From: Candidatus Hermodarchaeota archaeon | GTDB lineage: Archaea > Asgardarchaeota > Lokiarchaeia > Sigyniarchaeales > SOKP01 | Direction: 5' to 3' | Length of the DNA: 57,132 bases | Assembly (NCBI GenBank): GCA_048885525.1 | Contig: JBHLLP010000009.1 | Location: 1 to 57,132 of the forward strand | In this document: one piece after another, positions 40,157 to 49,384 of the stretch | Numbering within the stretch: the first letter of the stretch is position 1 | How the letters are laid out: every line of letters begins with the position of its first letter | The notes under the pieces: model-generated | What the model saw: the letters and a program-made list of their open reading frames with translations, nothing else | The model's database searches: none | Told to the model about the DNA's origin: nothing | Made by a program: the position numbers and the translations under genes

Positions 40157-43006
40157 TTAAGTTTTTCTCCAAATTGTCATCCCTTTCTTTTTACGAATTC
40201 GCCATTTACGAATTTCATCAACAACAGAAACACTAAAAGCTGCTATGAAAAGAGTTATCCAGTAATAAGGGTGAGTTAATGGTACAACATGAAATGCTAT
40301 TCCCATCGGTGTAAATAATAAAAGTAGTTGTAATCCTAAAGAAAGTCCAGTTGCCCAAAATAAATGTCTGTTTGGGAACAAGTAAAATGGCTTAATATTG
40401 GAAGTACATGTAAAGACAAACAATAATTCGCATATAACTAAATTGGAAAATAGTATCGTCTGTGCTAATGCAGCTACATACTGCTCTGCTGTATAGGCTA
40501 CACCAAAGATTGTTATACCGCTCACTAGTGCTGGATCCACACCACCAGCAGTCCAGCTCGGAATTAAAACAGTCCATAAAAGTAAATACAATGTTACATC
40601 TGTAATAGATGTATAAATCCCAAGCAGAAGAACTGGACCTTTAATCTCAGGTAATAATGTAAATCCCTTTCTTGGCTCCTCTTTCATCACATCTGGATCC
40701 GTAGGCGTAAAACCCAATACCATAGCAGGAATTCCATCTGTTGCTATATTGAGCCATAAGATTTGAATGGGTGCAACTGGAAGGGCTAAAAACACAAATG
40801 GAAATATTTTCATTACTATATATGCGACAAGAATTAAAAAGATCTCATCAAAATTAGTACTTAACATATATCGGAAGAATCCTTTAGTAGTTTCGAATAT
40901 TCCACGTCCTTCTTCAATAGCATTTACAATTGTCGCATAGTTATCATCTATTAATATCATTTCTGAAGCTTCTTGAGTTACTTCAGTTCCTTTTAAACCC
41001 ATCGCTACACCTACATGTGCGCCCTTTACAGCAGGTGCATCATTCACCCCATCTCCTGTCATTGAAACCACTAAATCCAATTCTTTCAATCTGCGTAGAA
41101 TTCTGAGTTTGTGTTCTGATGTAACTCTTGCAAAAATGTCAACTGTTTTAACTCTTTCTCGGAGTTCATCATTATTCATTTCTTCTAGTTCTTCTCCTGT
41201 AATTGCTTCATTAGAATCGGTTAGACCTATCTCTTGCGCTATTGCAATCGCAGTAATTTTATGATCTCCTGTAATCATTATTGTCCTAATTCCAGCTAGT
41301 CTAGCCTCTTCAATTGCATCTTTTACTTCGTCCCTGGCTGGATCAATAATTCCTGCTAAGCCAAGATAAATATAATCTTGCTCAATTTCTTCCTCTTTAT
41401 AACTTTCATTTAATGGTTTATAAGCAATTCCTAAAACTCGTAGTGCATTCTTCGCAAATTCTTCATTTTTTTGAAGAATTATATCTTTTACTTCACTAAT
41501 AGGCTTCAACTGACCTTCCATAACTGCCTTTCCAGCTTTATTCAGTAGTACATCTGGAGCACCTTTAATTAGCGCAACAATCTGATTATCAATTTTCGAC
41601 ACAACTGACATCATTTTTCTATCAGAATCAAAAGGAATTTCATCAATCTTTTCAGCTTTAGTATCTAATTCCATTTTCATAGCTAAAACTTTTAATGAGA
41701 TTTCGGTAGGATCACCCACTACATCAGTATCATGAGTACCATCATTCTTCGGAGATACATTTGAATTATTGCAGAACATACAAACTTCAAGAAACCTTTT
41801 AAGATAATTTTCGTCTGATAATAGAACTTGTTTTCCTTTTGCTCCTATAATTTTTCCTTCAAGAGCATACCCTACACCCTCAACATTAAATTCTTTTCCT
41901 CCAAGAAAAATTTTAACTACAGTCATTTCGTTTTTTGTAAGTGTACCGGTTTTATCTGAACAAATAACATTAACCCTGCCCAAAGTTTCGACAGCAGTCA
42001 ATTTTCTAACGAGAGCATTACGATCCGCCATTTTGCGCATTCCTATAGACATAACTACTGTTATAACAACAATTAAACCTTCAGGAACCGCAGATACTGC
42101 TAATGATATTGATATCTCAAATGCTTCAATAAGTTCTTCTAAATTAAATTCAGTTACTAATAAAATGATTAGCTCGATTACAAAAACAGCAAGACAAATT
42201 ATTATTATTATGACTCCAAGAAGTTTTCCAAACCTATTCACCTCTTTTTGAAACGGACTAAGTTCAACTTCTTCTTCTTGTAAACTTTCAGCAATTTTAC
42301 CAATTTCGGTTTCCATTCCTGTTCCGATAACGATTCCTTCTCCATTTCCACGAGTGATAATCGTATTCATATAGCCGAGGTTGGTCCTATCAGCTAAAAT
42401 CATCTTATCATCAACAGGTTTTAATTGTTTTTTAACTGGTTTTGACTCTCCTGTTAAAATTGCCTCATCAACATAAAGTGAAAATTCTCTATTAAGTCTA
42501 ATATCAGCAGGAAACTTATCACCGTCTTCAAAGAGTACAATATCCCCGGGAACTACATCTTCAACTCCGATTTCTATTACTCTTCCATTCCTACGAACTT
42601 TAGCAAAATGAGGCGCTAATTTCTTAAGACTCTCAAGAGATTTCTCTGCTTGATATTCTTGATAAAATCCTAATATAGCATTCACTATCAAAATTGCGGC
42701 AATGACAATGGCATCAATATATTCTGAAGGCCAAGGTTCACCAGTACGCCTAGATTCATATATTCCAATTACAATTGAAATTACTATAGCAAACATTAAT
42801 AGATATATAAGAAAATCTTTAAATTGGCTTATGAAGATTTGCAAAGCCGTTTTTCCCTTTTCTTTAATTAACTCATTGCTTCCATATTCTTCAAGCCTTT
42901 TTGCAGCCTCACTTTCAGTTAAACCACCTTCTATTGTTGTACCCATTTTCTCAGCTACAACTTCATAGTTAATAGAGTGTGCGCGAATATTTTTTAAATC
43001 TATCAT
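40157..43006 (-). CDS. Cation-transporting P-type ATPase, type IIA (Ca2+, SERCA-like)
   Basis: TGES, PEGL (M4), CSDKTGTLT, KGAPD, MITGD, TGDGVNDAPA, STNFDE (M5) and WLNIATDG (M6). Confidence 0.95.
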   Translation of the reverse strand: MIDLKNIRAHSINYEVVAEKMGTTIEGGLTESEAAKRLEEYGSNELIKEKGKTALQIFISQFKDFLIYLLMFAIVISIVIGIYESRRTGEPWPSEYIDAIVIAAILIVNAILGFYQEYQAEKSLESLKKLAPHFAKVRRNGRVIEIGVEDVVPGDIVLFEDGDKFPADIRLNREFSLYVDEAILTGESKPVKKQLKPVDDKMILADRTNLGYMNTIITRGNGEGIVIGTGMETEIGKIAESLQEEEVELSPFQKEVNRFGKLLGVIIIIICLAVFVIELIILLVTEFNLEELIEAFEISISLAVSAVPEGLIVVITVVMSIGMRKMADRNALVRKLTAVETLGRVNVICSDKTGTLTKNEMTVVKIFLGGKEFNVEGVGYALEGKIIGAKGKQVLLSDENYLKRFLEVCMFCNNSNVSPKNDGTHDTDVVGDPTEISLKVLAMKMELDTKAEKIDEIPFDSDRKMMSVVSKIDNQIVALIKGAPDVLLNKAGKAVMEGQLKPISEVKDIILQKNEEFAKNALRVLGIAYKPLNESYKEEEIEQDYIYLGLAGIIDPARDEVKDAIEEARLAGIRTIMITGDHKITAIAIAQEIGLTDSNEAITGEELEEMNNDELRERVKTVDIFARVTSEHKLRILRRLKELDLVVSMTGDGVNDAPAVKGAHVGVAMGLKGTEVTQEASEMILIDDNYATIVNAIEEGRGIFETTKGFFRYMLSTNFDEIFLILVAYIVMKIFPFVFLALPVAPIQILWLNIATDGIPAMVLGFTPTDPDVMKEEPRKGFTLLPEIKGPVLLLGIYTSITDVTLYLLLWTVLIPSWTAGGVDPALVSGITIFGVAYTAEQYVAALAQTILFSNLVICELLFVFTCTSNIKPFYLFPNRHLFWATGLSLGLQLLLLFTPMGIAFHVVPLTHPYYWITLFIAAFSVSVVDEIRKWRIRKKKGMTIWRKT

Positions 43007-43374
43007 AAGATCATCAATTTTTTTTTAGAGATTCAATTAAAAAATAATAATTAAATTTCCTATATAATCTAATTATTTAATGAATAAATTTAAATTCACT
43101 TATAGATATTGGTTATAGAAAATAGATATAACATTCCGTTAATTCTTTAAAGCCTAATGAGTATAATATTAAGAAGATTTACTTCGTATTCTTATTTTAC
43201 ATAAAGTTGTCACATTCAAGCAAATTTAGATCTGCTTTATCTAATTTATACTGGCTTAAATTGTTAAAAAATATAAATACAAAGTTTATATTTATAATAA
43301 ATCTAATAAAAGTAAATTAATTAACTCAAAAAACCAAAATAAAGAACAATTACCAATATATTTTCTCGATTATT

Positions 43375-43962
43375 ATGAGACTTTCTCGAGTGGTTAGGTT
43401 AATCTTAAAGATATTCATAATAATTTTAGCTCTCTCTGTAACTGTTGTAACAATCTTAGGAGGTTTATCTGCAGTTATAATACTCAATCCAAATTCTAAA
43501 AATATAGGTATTGACTATTATAATGCAAGCTTTGATGTAGATTTTAACAACTCAACTGGTGATCTTACTGTCTTCAATTTTACTTTGCCTTTTAATGTAA
43601 CTAATGCAGGTTATTTTGATTTAGAAGATCTCCAATTAGATATTGACATAGCAGTGAGATATGAACATATCAATTATACAGGTGATGGATTAAATTACAC
43701 TAGATTCCTTAAGTATTTTGAAAAACAACAGAATTTTGGAAACATTAGAAAGGGTACTATAGGTTTTTTTAATTATACAGGTAATATAAGCGACATTATA
43801 TTTTTTCCAAATGCATTAACAGAAATAAATTGGTTTAGAACCCCACTCCCTGATTTAGAATTTTTTGCCAATTTTACTATTGATTTAACTTATTCTTTGG
43901 GATTGCATTCTCTCTCATTTAGTCTGCTAAATATAGCAATAGGAAATTACTCATTGTTTTAG
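43375..43962 (+). CDS. Membrane-anchored exported beta-sandwich protein (possibly LEA_2/WHy-like)
   Basis: N-terminal TM, about 10 N-x-S/T sequons and LPFNVTNAGYFDLEDL. Confidence 0.6.
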   Translation: MRLSRVVRLILKIFIIILALSVTVVTILGGLSAVIILNPNSKNIGIDYYNASFDVDFNNSTGDLTVFNFTLPFNVTNAGYFDLEDLQLDIDIAVRYEHINYTGDGLNYTRFLKYFEKQQNFGNIRKGTIGFFNYTGNISDIIFFPNALTEINWFRTPLPDLEFFANFTIDLTYSLGLHSLSFSLLNIAIGNYSLF

Positions 43963-43974
43963 GAGGGTAATAAG

Positions 43975-44466
43975 ATGAGTGCAACAAAAAATATGGTGAG
44001 AGGAACTATATTTGCAAGTATTTATGTTATTACTACGATTGGAATTCCCTTATTATTATTTAATTGGATGAAAAATCTACAAATACCATATGTAGGAGAA
44101 ATAATTTTAACTCAAGAGAGCTATAGTAGAATTATATTTTGGATAGTGGCTTTAGGAATGGTTGTATGTGGTTGTGCTTTCTTTTCATATTCTTCACCCA
44201 AACAATCTATAAGAAAAGCGATTTTTGCCTTTGTCCAAGTTACAGTTAATTGTTTATACATATGGAGTTATAAATTTTCTGGAGCTTCCGACATTTTATT
44301 AGATTTTGAAATAACTGGATATTCTGGTTTTTTATATATAAACCTCCAAACAATGATTTTGGTCTATATGGGTGTGTATTTCCTCAGTATCATTCTAAAA
44401 GTGTATGATATCATAGATTTTGCTGTAAATAGAAAACTAATTCGAGAGAATAGGATGAAAGCATAA
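43975..44466 (+). CDS. Hypothetical 4-TM membrane protein
   Basis: Four hydrophobic segments; SD-like AGGAGG directly upstream. Confidence 0.7.
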   Translation: MSATKNMVRGTIFASIYVITTIGIPLLLFNWMKNLQIPYVGEIILTQESYSRIIFWIVALGMVVCGCAFFSYSSPKQSIRKAIFAFVQVTVNCLYIWSYKFSGASDILLDFEITGYSGFLYINLQTMILVYMGVYFLSIILKVYDIIDFAVNRKLIRENRMKA

Positions 44467-44478
44467 AGGGGTGAAAAA

Positions 44479-44871
44479 ATGATATTTCAAACTATTGGAT
44501 TTTTGCAGGCTCTTGCTGATATTCTGGGAGCATTAATGATACTCATGGAACCTGTTCTAACTCCTATTGGACAGTGGATGAAAGATTGGATTACGGCTGT
44601 AATGGAGTTTTTACAGCAAAATTTTAGTAACAATTTTACAATCTTCATTATAATATGTATAATTATAGTAGTTTCTGGTATTATAGTTAACATCATCTGG
44701 CCAGGTGACATCAAAGGAACGATTTTTTCAAAAGGAAAAGTTGTAGATTTTGAAGAAAAAGTGGATATTTCTGAAGAAAAAGATATTATTGACGAAATCA
44801 GAAGATGTAAGGACTGTGGTAATCCTATAGGAGATGCAGAAGTGTGTTCTTTATGTGGCGCTCGTAATTAA
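44479..44871 (+). CDS. Membrane protein with a C-terminal zinc ribbon
   Basis: TM IFIIICIIIVVSGIIVNIIW, terminal CKDCG-x8-CSLCG and SD-like GGGGTG upstream. Confidence 0.75.
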   Translation: MIFQTIGFLQALADILGALMILMEPVLTPIGQWMKDWITAVMEFLQQNFSNNFTIFIIICIIIVVSGIIVNIIWPGDIKGTIFSKGKVVDFEEKVDISEEKDIIDEIRRCKDCGNPIGDAEVCSLCGARN

Positions 44872-45054
44872 TTTTCTTATTCCCCTATAAATTATTTTTT
44901 AAGATCTAAATCTGTACCATTCTTCCCAATATCCAAAAATAGTAATTTTAAAAAATATATTTTATTAAAACGATAATATTAAATTTAAAATTTGAATCTA
45001 TTCTATTTAGATGTAATAAGAATATAATTTATTAGAAATTTTTTTAGAGAGCGT

Positions 45055-45804
45055 ATGAGTTTTAATTCTAAGGTTGAAAATTTTAAAAACAAAAAGAATC
45101 TTGATGAAGAACTAAATTATTATAAATCTATTATTCTCAAGAAGGTAAAGAGTGGAGATTATAATTCGGCTTCAGAAAAGGTAAGATCTGCATTAATATT
45201 ACTTCAAGAACATAAAAATCTTTTTAATACTGAAAAAGAACTTATTGATTTTTACGAGTTAAGTAAGAGAATACAATCAGAATTGAATAATCATAGAATG
45301 GTTTATGAACGCAGATTTAATAATCTTTTAAGAGAAAAACTTGATGAAACTAATTTAGAAAACTTTTCAAAATTATTAGCTATGTTGAAGAATGAAGTAG
45401 ATCAGAATCTAGATAAATATCATCTTCAAGATATTAGCGCTAAAATCACTAAATATTTTAAATTTATAAAGAAAATGTATGAAATATTGAGTTGTTATAA
45501 AGTTTTAAATTATCATGAAGCTTCAGATAAAATTTTTGAGTTTGTAAGAGATATTAGATGTGAGAATTTCCCAAATTTAAAGATGTTAATCTCTTTAACT
45601 TATCAAAACTTAATCAGTAATAGATTATATGAATATTCAAAGAAATTTAACAAACTTTCACTTTCTTCCCTTTCTGAAAAGTTGGCTATAAATCAAGAAC
45701 AACTATGTGATTTTATTAATATAATAAAAAACCGATCAAAAAGTCCAATACAAGACTTTATTCCTGATACTCAAGAAATTATTTTCAAAAAATCAAGATT
45801 TTAA
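45055..45804 (+). CDS. Helical protein with a C-terminal PCI-like winged helix
   Basis: Helical body. C-terminus LYEYSKKFNKLSLSSLSEKLAINQEQLCDFI...IQDFIPDTQEIIF resembles the PCI consensus (Y..isl..la..l.l....e..l...i...id......f). Confidence 0.55.
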   Translation: MSFNSKVENFKNKKNLDEELNYYKSIILKKVKSGDYNSASEKVRSALILLQEHKNLFNTEKELIDFYELSKRIQSELNNHRMVYERRFNNLLREKLDETNLENFSKLLAMLKNEVDQNLDKYHLQDISAKITKYFKFIKKMYEILSCYKVLNYHEASDKIFEFVRDIRCENFPNLKMLISLTYQNLISNRLYEYSKKFNKLSLSSLSEKLAINQEQLCDFINIIKNRSKSPIQDFIPDTQEIIFKKSRF

Positions 45805-45841
45805 AAGACTAAGGATTGAATTTTCCTTGTTTGAAAGTAGA

Positions 45842-46765
45842 TCATAACCCTCTATAAAATTCTGGACGTAATATATTTTTATGAGTTAATCCATAATTTA
45901 TTGTACTTAAAATCTCACCTTTCTCGCGATCTAGAACACCTTTTATTGGTAAATAATTAGAGGCGTGATTCGATCTAAAAACACAATTTGCCTCCTTATT
46001 TTGAAAATTGATCATATTGATGAACATTTTTAATTCTTGAAGAATTTCTATTGAAGTCATTTCCTTAAATTCTCCCTTTATCTTTTTTCTAAAGATTTCT
46101 GTCCCAGAAGGAACCATAAGTGTAAGAAAAGCAATGTACCAAACTCTATCATCTCCAGGACAAATCTTATTAACTAAATCAGCTGATTCTAAAGCGTGAT
46201 TTTTTGAAATTTCTGGATTATTTGATCCACCAAGACCATTTATTAATGTAGCTGATAATATGATACCTGCTTTCATTAATTTTTTGGAAGCGTTAATATG
46301 ATCTGATTTATGCGCTTGTTTATGAACCATATCAAGTAAAGCATCAGATCCAGATTCAAAACCAACGTATGCAATTTTAATCCCTGCTTCAAATAAAGTC
46401 TTTAATTGCTCATCTGATTTTTTTAATATATCTTTAGAATGAGCGTATACTCCACAACGCTCTAAATATGGAAATATTTCAAAAGCATATTTAGTAATTT
46501 CTATTAATTTCTCTGTAGGAGTCACCATCGCGTTTCCATCTAGGAAAAAGATTTTTTTTATGTTAGGTCCATAAATTTTTTTAGCAACATCTAAATCTTT
46601 TTGAATATCCTTAGATTTTCTAATTAGGAATTTTTTTCCTAAATTTGACATACAAAAATCGCAGTTATAATTACAACCTTCAGTAACTTGAATTAACAAT
46701 GAAAAAGCTTCACTAGGGGGCCTAAAAACTGGTTTACAATAATATATTTCGTCTTCTCTTGTCAT
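45842..46765 (-). CDS. Radical SAM protein of unknown function
   Basis: PVFRPPSEA.SLLIQVTEGCNYNCDFC (CxxxCxxC), GFESG, FRSNHASNY and LRPE.YRGL. Confidence 0.88.
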   Translation of the reverse strand: MTREDEIYYCKPVFRPPSEAFSLLIQVTEGCNYNCDFCMSNLGKKFLIRKSKDIQKDLDVAKKIYGPNIKKIFFLDGNAMVTPTEKLIEITKYAFEIFPYLERCGVYAHSKDILKKSDEQLKTLFEAGIKIAYVGFESGSDALLDMVHKQAHKSDHINASKKLMKAGIILSATLINGLGGSNNPEISKNHALESADLVNKICPGDDRVWYIAFLTLMVPSGTEIFRKKIKGEFKEMTSIEILQELKMFINMINFQNKEANCVFRSNHASNYLPIKGVLDREKGEILSTINYGLTHKNILRPEFYRGL

Positions 46766-46784
46766 TACTCAATTAAAAAGATGA

Positions 46785-47564
46785 TTAATAATCCTCTTCT
46801 TCTTCCTCATCTTCTTCTTCCTCGTCTTCGTCTTCCTCGTCTTCATCTTCCTCGTCTTCGTCTTCCTCGTTTTCTTCTTCCTCTTCCTCCTCAATGTCAG
46901 AAGATTTTTTCGGACAAGAATTTAAATGTCGCCCAAGCCTTAAAAATTCTTTTCCACAATATGGACATTTCTGTTTCTCTCCAGTTTTTTTAGCAACTCC
47001 TGTAGATCTCTTAGTAGATCCCTTTTTTTTCCTTTTTCGTTTCAATGGCATAATATCTTCCATACTTGCATCATCTGGTGCAAACTCGCATTGAGAAATA
47101 TGTGTAGCTAAGTCTGCATATAATTCACCGCAAAAAGGACATTCTACCTCTCCAAATTCTTCTGAATCTTCTAGTTGTGCTTTTCCTGCTTTTCTCTTTT
47201 CGAATTTTGATGGTGCTTCTTCTTCCTCTTCCTCAAACTCATCTATTGATAAATCAACTTCTTCATCAGATATTATCTCTCCGATTTCGAATTCTTCTAA
47301 TTTTATTTTTCTTTCTTTAATTTTTTTTTCTGCTAACTTTTTGCTTTCATCATATACATCAGAAAATCGCTGGTTATTTTTTACTGGATCATATATATTA
47401 CACACTTGACAAACATAAGCTCGAGTACCTAAAATTAAATCTCTAGCAGGACAATAACATAAAGCTTGAAGACTTGTGCTTATATTACCTTTTGGTTCAA
47501 GATGTTTGCACGCAACTTTCCTTGAATATTTAATTTTTTGTTTACGTCTTGGCATGAAATTCAC
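46785..47564 (-). CDS. Multi-zinc-finger protein with a basic patch and poly-acidic tail (ATG at 47555 likely)
   Basis: N-terminal CKH..CYC..CQVC cluster; two C-x2-C-x9-H-x3-C fingers (CPFCGELYADLATHISQC, CPYCGKEFLRLGRHLNSC); KRKRKKK; D/E tail of more than 30 residues. Confidence 0.8.
   Translation of the reverse strand: MNFMPRRKQKIKYSRKVACKHLEPKGNISTSLQALCYCPARDLILGTRAYVCQVCNIYDPVKNNQRFSDVYDESKKLAEKKIKERKIKLEEFEIGEIISDEEVDLSIDEFEEEEEEAPSKFEKRKAGKAQLEDSEEFGEVECPFCGELYADLATHISQCEFAPDDASMEDIMPLKRKRKKKGSTKRSTGVAKKTGEKQKCPYCGKEFLRLGRHLNSCPKKSSDIEEEEEEENEEDEDEEDEDEEDEDEEEEDEEEEEDY
46801..46890. repeat. 15-bp tandem repeat (5 clear + 1 degenerate copies) encoding the acidic tail
   Basis: TCTTCCTCATCTTCT, TCTTCCTCGTCTTCG, TCTTCCTCGTCTTCA, TCTTCCTCGTCTTCG, TCTTCCTCGTTTTCT, TCTTCCTCTTCCTCC. 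Confidence 0.85.
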
Positions 47565-47655
47565 TAAAAGAAGTATTCTAGATAATTATTCTTAAAATTT
47601 AATTTTTTTGGATTGCATGAAAGAAAATAAAATTTTTGGATATCTAGAATTATGT

Positions 47656-49266
47656 TTAAAAGTTATAATGTATGTTTTTGAGATCGTAAACAATTTTATT
47701 TTTCAATTCAATGTTTTCGAGATTTGGTAATAAATCTTCAACAATATCTCTTAATTCCATAACTTTTTGGACAAGTAATTCTGCTTTATTCCAAAAGGAT
47801 GTTCTTAATGGATGTGTTTTTAATATAGCTTTATTAAAGTTCTCAATTGCAGCTCTATAAAATAAACAAGCATTTTCTAGTTTATTAAGTCTCGATTGAT
47901 ATATTGTTCCAATTTTATTGAAGCACATTCCAGCTCCAGCAAAATCCTCTTCTTTTTCGAATATTATGGCTGCATCTTGAATTTTATTTAAAGCTTCCTC
48001 TAAAACTTCATTATCTGCTTCCTTCAATAATAAATACCCTTTTATATAATGTGCTATTCCTAAATAAAAACTGCGATTTTGCTTTTTAGCGAGTTTATAT
48101 AATTCATCAGTAAATTCTTCAGCAAAAATTAGATGTTCATTTGAAATGCACATATGTGAGACGATTCTTAATAATTCTAAAACTCTATCAAAATTTTTAA
48201 TTTCTTTATATTTGTTAATACCTTGTCTAAATTTTTCAATTCCAGTAAATGAGTCTTTGTGTTCAAAAGCTTGGTTTCCTTCATAAATTAGTTGTTCTGC
48301 TGCTTCTTTTAACTTTATCTCCTTTTGCTTTTTCTTCGCATCAATCTCACCGTAAAAGAAATCATCTACATCGAATGCTATATCTTCACTCATAGGAATT
48401 TCAGATAAGAACTCTTTATTTCCAATACTATTAGGTTTACTCTCAAATTGAGATCTTTCTTTAATTTCTTGTTCTGATGAAATTAGAGTCTTTCCTGGTG
48501 GCAATGTATTCTCTCCATATGCAGATTGCAATGGTTTTCCTTCAGTAACTAATGCAGATAGTTCTGATAACACATTTGCGAAAAAATATTTATTAAGTCC
48601 ATCCACAACATAATCGATTTTATGATAGTTATTATCATAATCAGGATCATTAATGTCCATAGTAACATCAGTTATTTTATAAATTTCAAACCCCGTGTCA
48701 TATTTAGTCATTGTATATTCAGAACCATCTTCATTTTTTTTAATTTCTTGTTTTTTCTTTCCTAATAGTGTATGATCGAATACTAAACCACAAAAATCAT
48801 CATTGTTTTGCTGAAAACCCAACTGATTAAGTAGATCTATATAAGAAAAGAATAAGTTTAATCCAGGGTGACTATGGAACCATCCAACCATATAATATCC
48901 TTTTCCTTCCTTATCCAGGGTTTCCTGAATATTTTCAATAAATCCATAATGTCTTTCATCTAACTGCACATCTGTCGCATGACCAAAAGTTAGAGCCTCA
49001 GCTCTCTCTATATATACTAATTCTTCATCAGAATTTCCAATTAAAATACCATAGATCTCTTTCCATTCCTCGGGAGGTATTGACTTATTTGCATATCGAC
49101 TTGCATATAGGATTATTGTTTTATAAGCATCTGCTCTAATAACAACTGGCTTACTTATTTTTTCTATTATTTTTTTTTCTTTTGTCTTTTCATTTTCTAA
49201 ATTAGATTCCATATTTTCGTTTCCTGAATTTTTATTATTATTAGTTTTTTTGAATTTCTCTGACAT
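47656..49266 (-). CDS. MPN+/JAMM metalloisopeptidase (Rpn11/CSN5-like) fused to SNAP/TPR-like helical repeats
   Basis: KEIYGILIG...VGWFHSHPGLNLFFSYIDLLNQLGFQQ..FCGLVFD gives E-xn-HxH-x7-S-x2-D. C-terminal AGMCFNKIGTIYQSRLNKLENACLFYRAAIENF. Confidence 0.88.
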   Translation of the reverse strand: MSEKFKKTNNNKNSGNENMESNLENEKTKEKKIIEKISKPVVIRADAYKTIILYASRYANKSIPPEEWKEIYGILIGNSDEELVYIERAEALTFGHATDVQLDERHYGFIENIQETLDKEGKGYYMVGWFHSHPGLNLFFSYIDLLNQLGFQQNNDDFCGLVFDHTLLGKKKQEIKKNEDGSEYTMTKYDTGFEIYKITDVTMDINDPDYDNNYHKIDYVVDGLNKYFFANVLSELSALVTEGKPLQSAYGENTLPPGKTLISSEQEIKERSQFESKPNSIGNKEFLSEIPMSEDIAFDVDDFFYGEIDAKKKQKEIKLKEAAEQLIYEGNQAFEHKDSFTGIEKFRQGINKYKEIKNFDRVLELLRIVSHMCISNEHLIFAEEFTDELYKLAKKQNRSFYLGIAHYIKGYLLLKEADNEVLEEALNKIQDAAIIFEKEEDFAGAGMCFNKIGTIYQSRLNKLENACLFYRAAIENFNKAILKTHPLRTSFWNKAELLVQKVMELRDIVEDLLPNLENIELKNKIVYDLKNIHYNF

Positions 49267-49384
49267 ATCAACCTTTTCTAATTTATTAATTAATACTAAA
49301 AAAATAATAATTGTATACTTAATTAAAATTATGTAAAATCTGTTTATAATAGATTATTTAACAATTATTTTGAAGCTTTAGTTA

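Noticed and set aside
43007-43374. Longest intergenic gap, examined for a hidden gene or ncRNA
   Set aside because: Only short stop-riddled frames were found; it is adequately explained as a divergent promoter region.
46781-46993. + strand ORF with striking LPRLRLPRLHLPR repeats
   Set aside because: It is the antisense reading of the 15-bp repeat encoding the D/E tail of the minus-strand gene.
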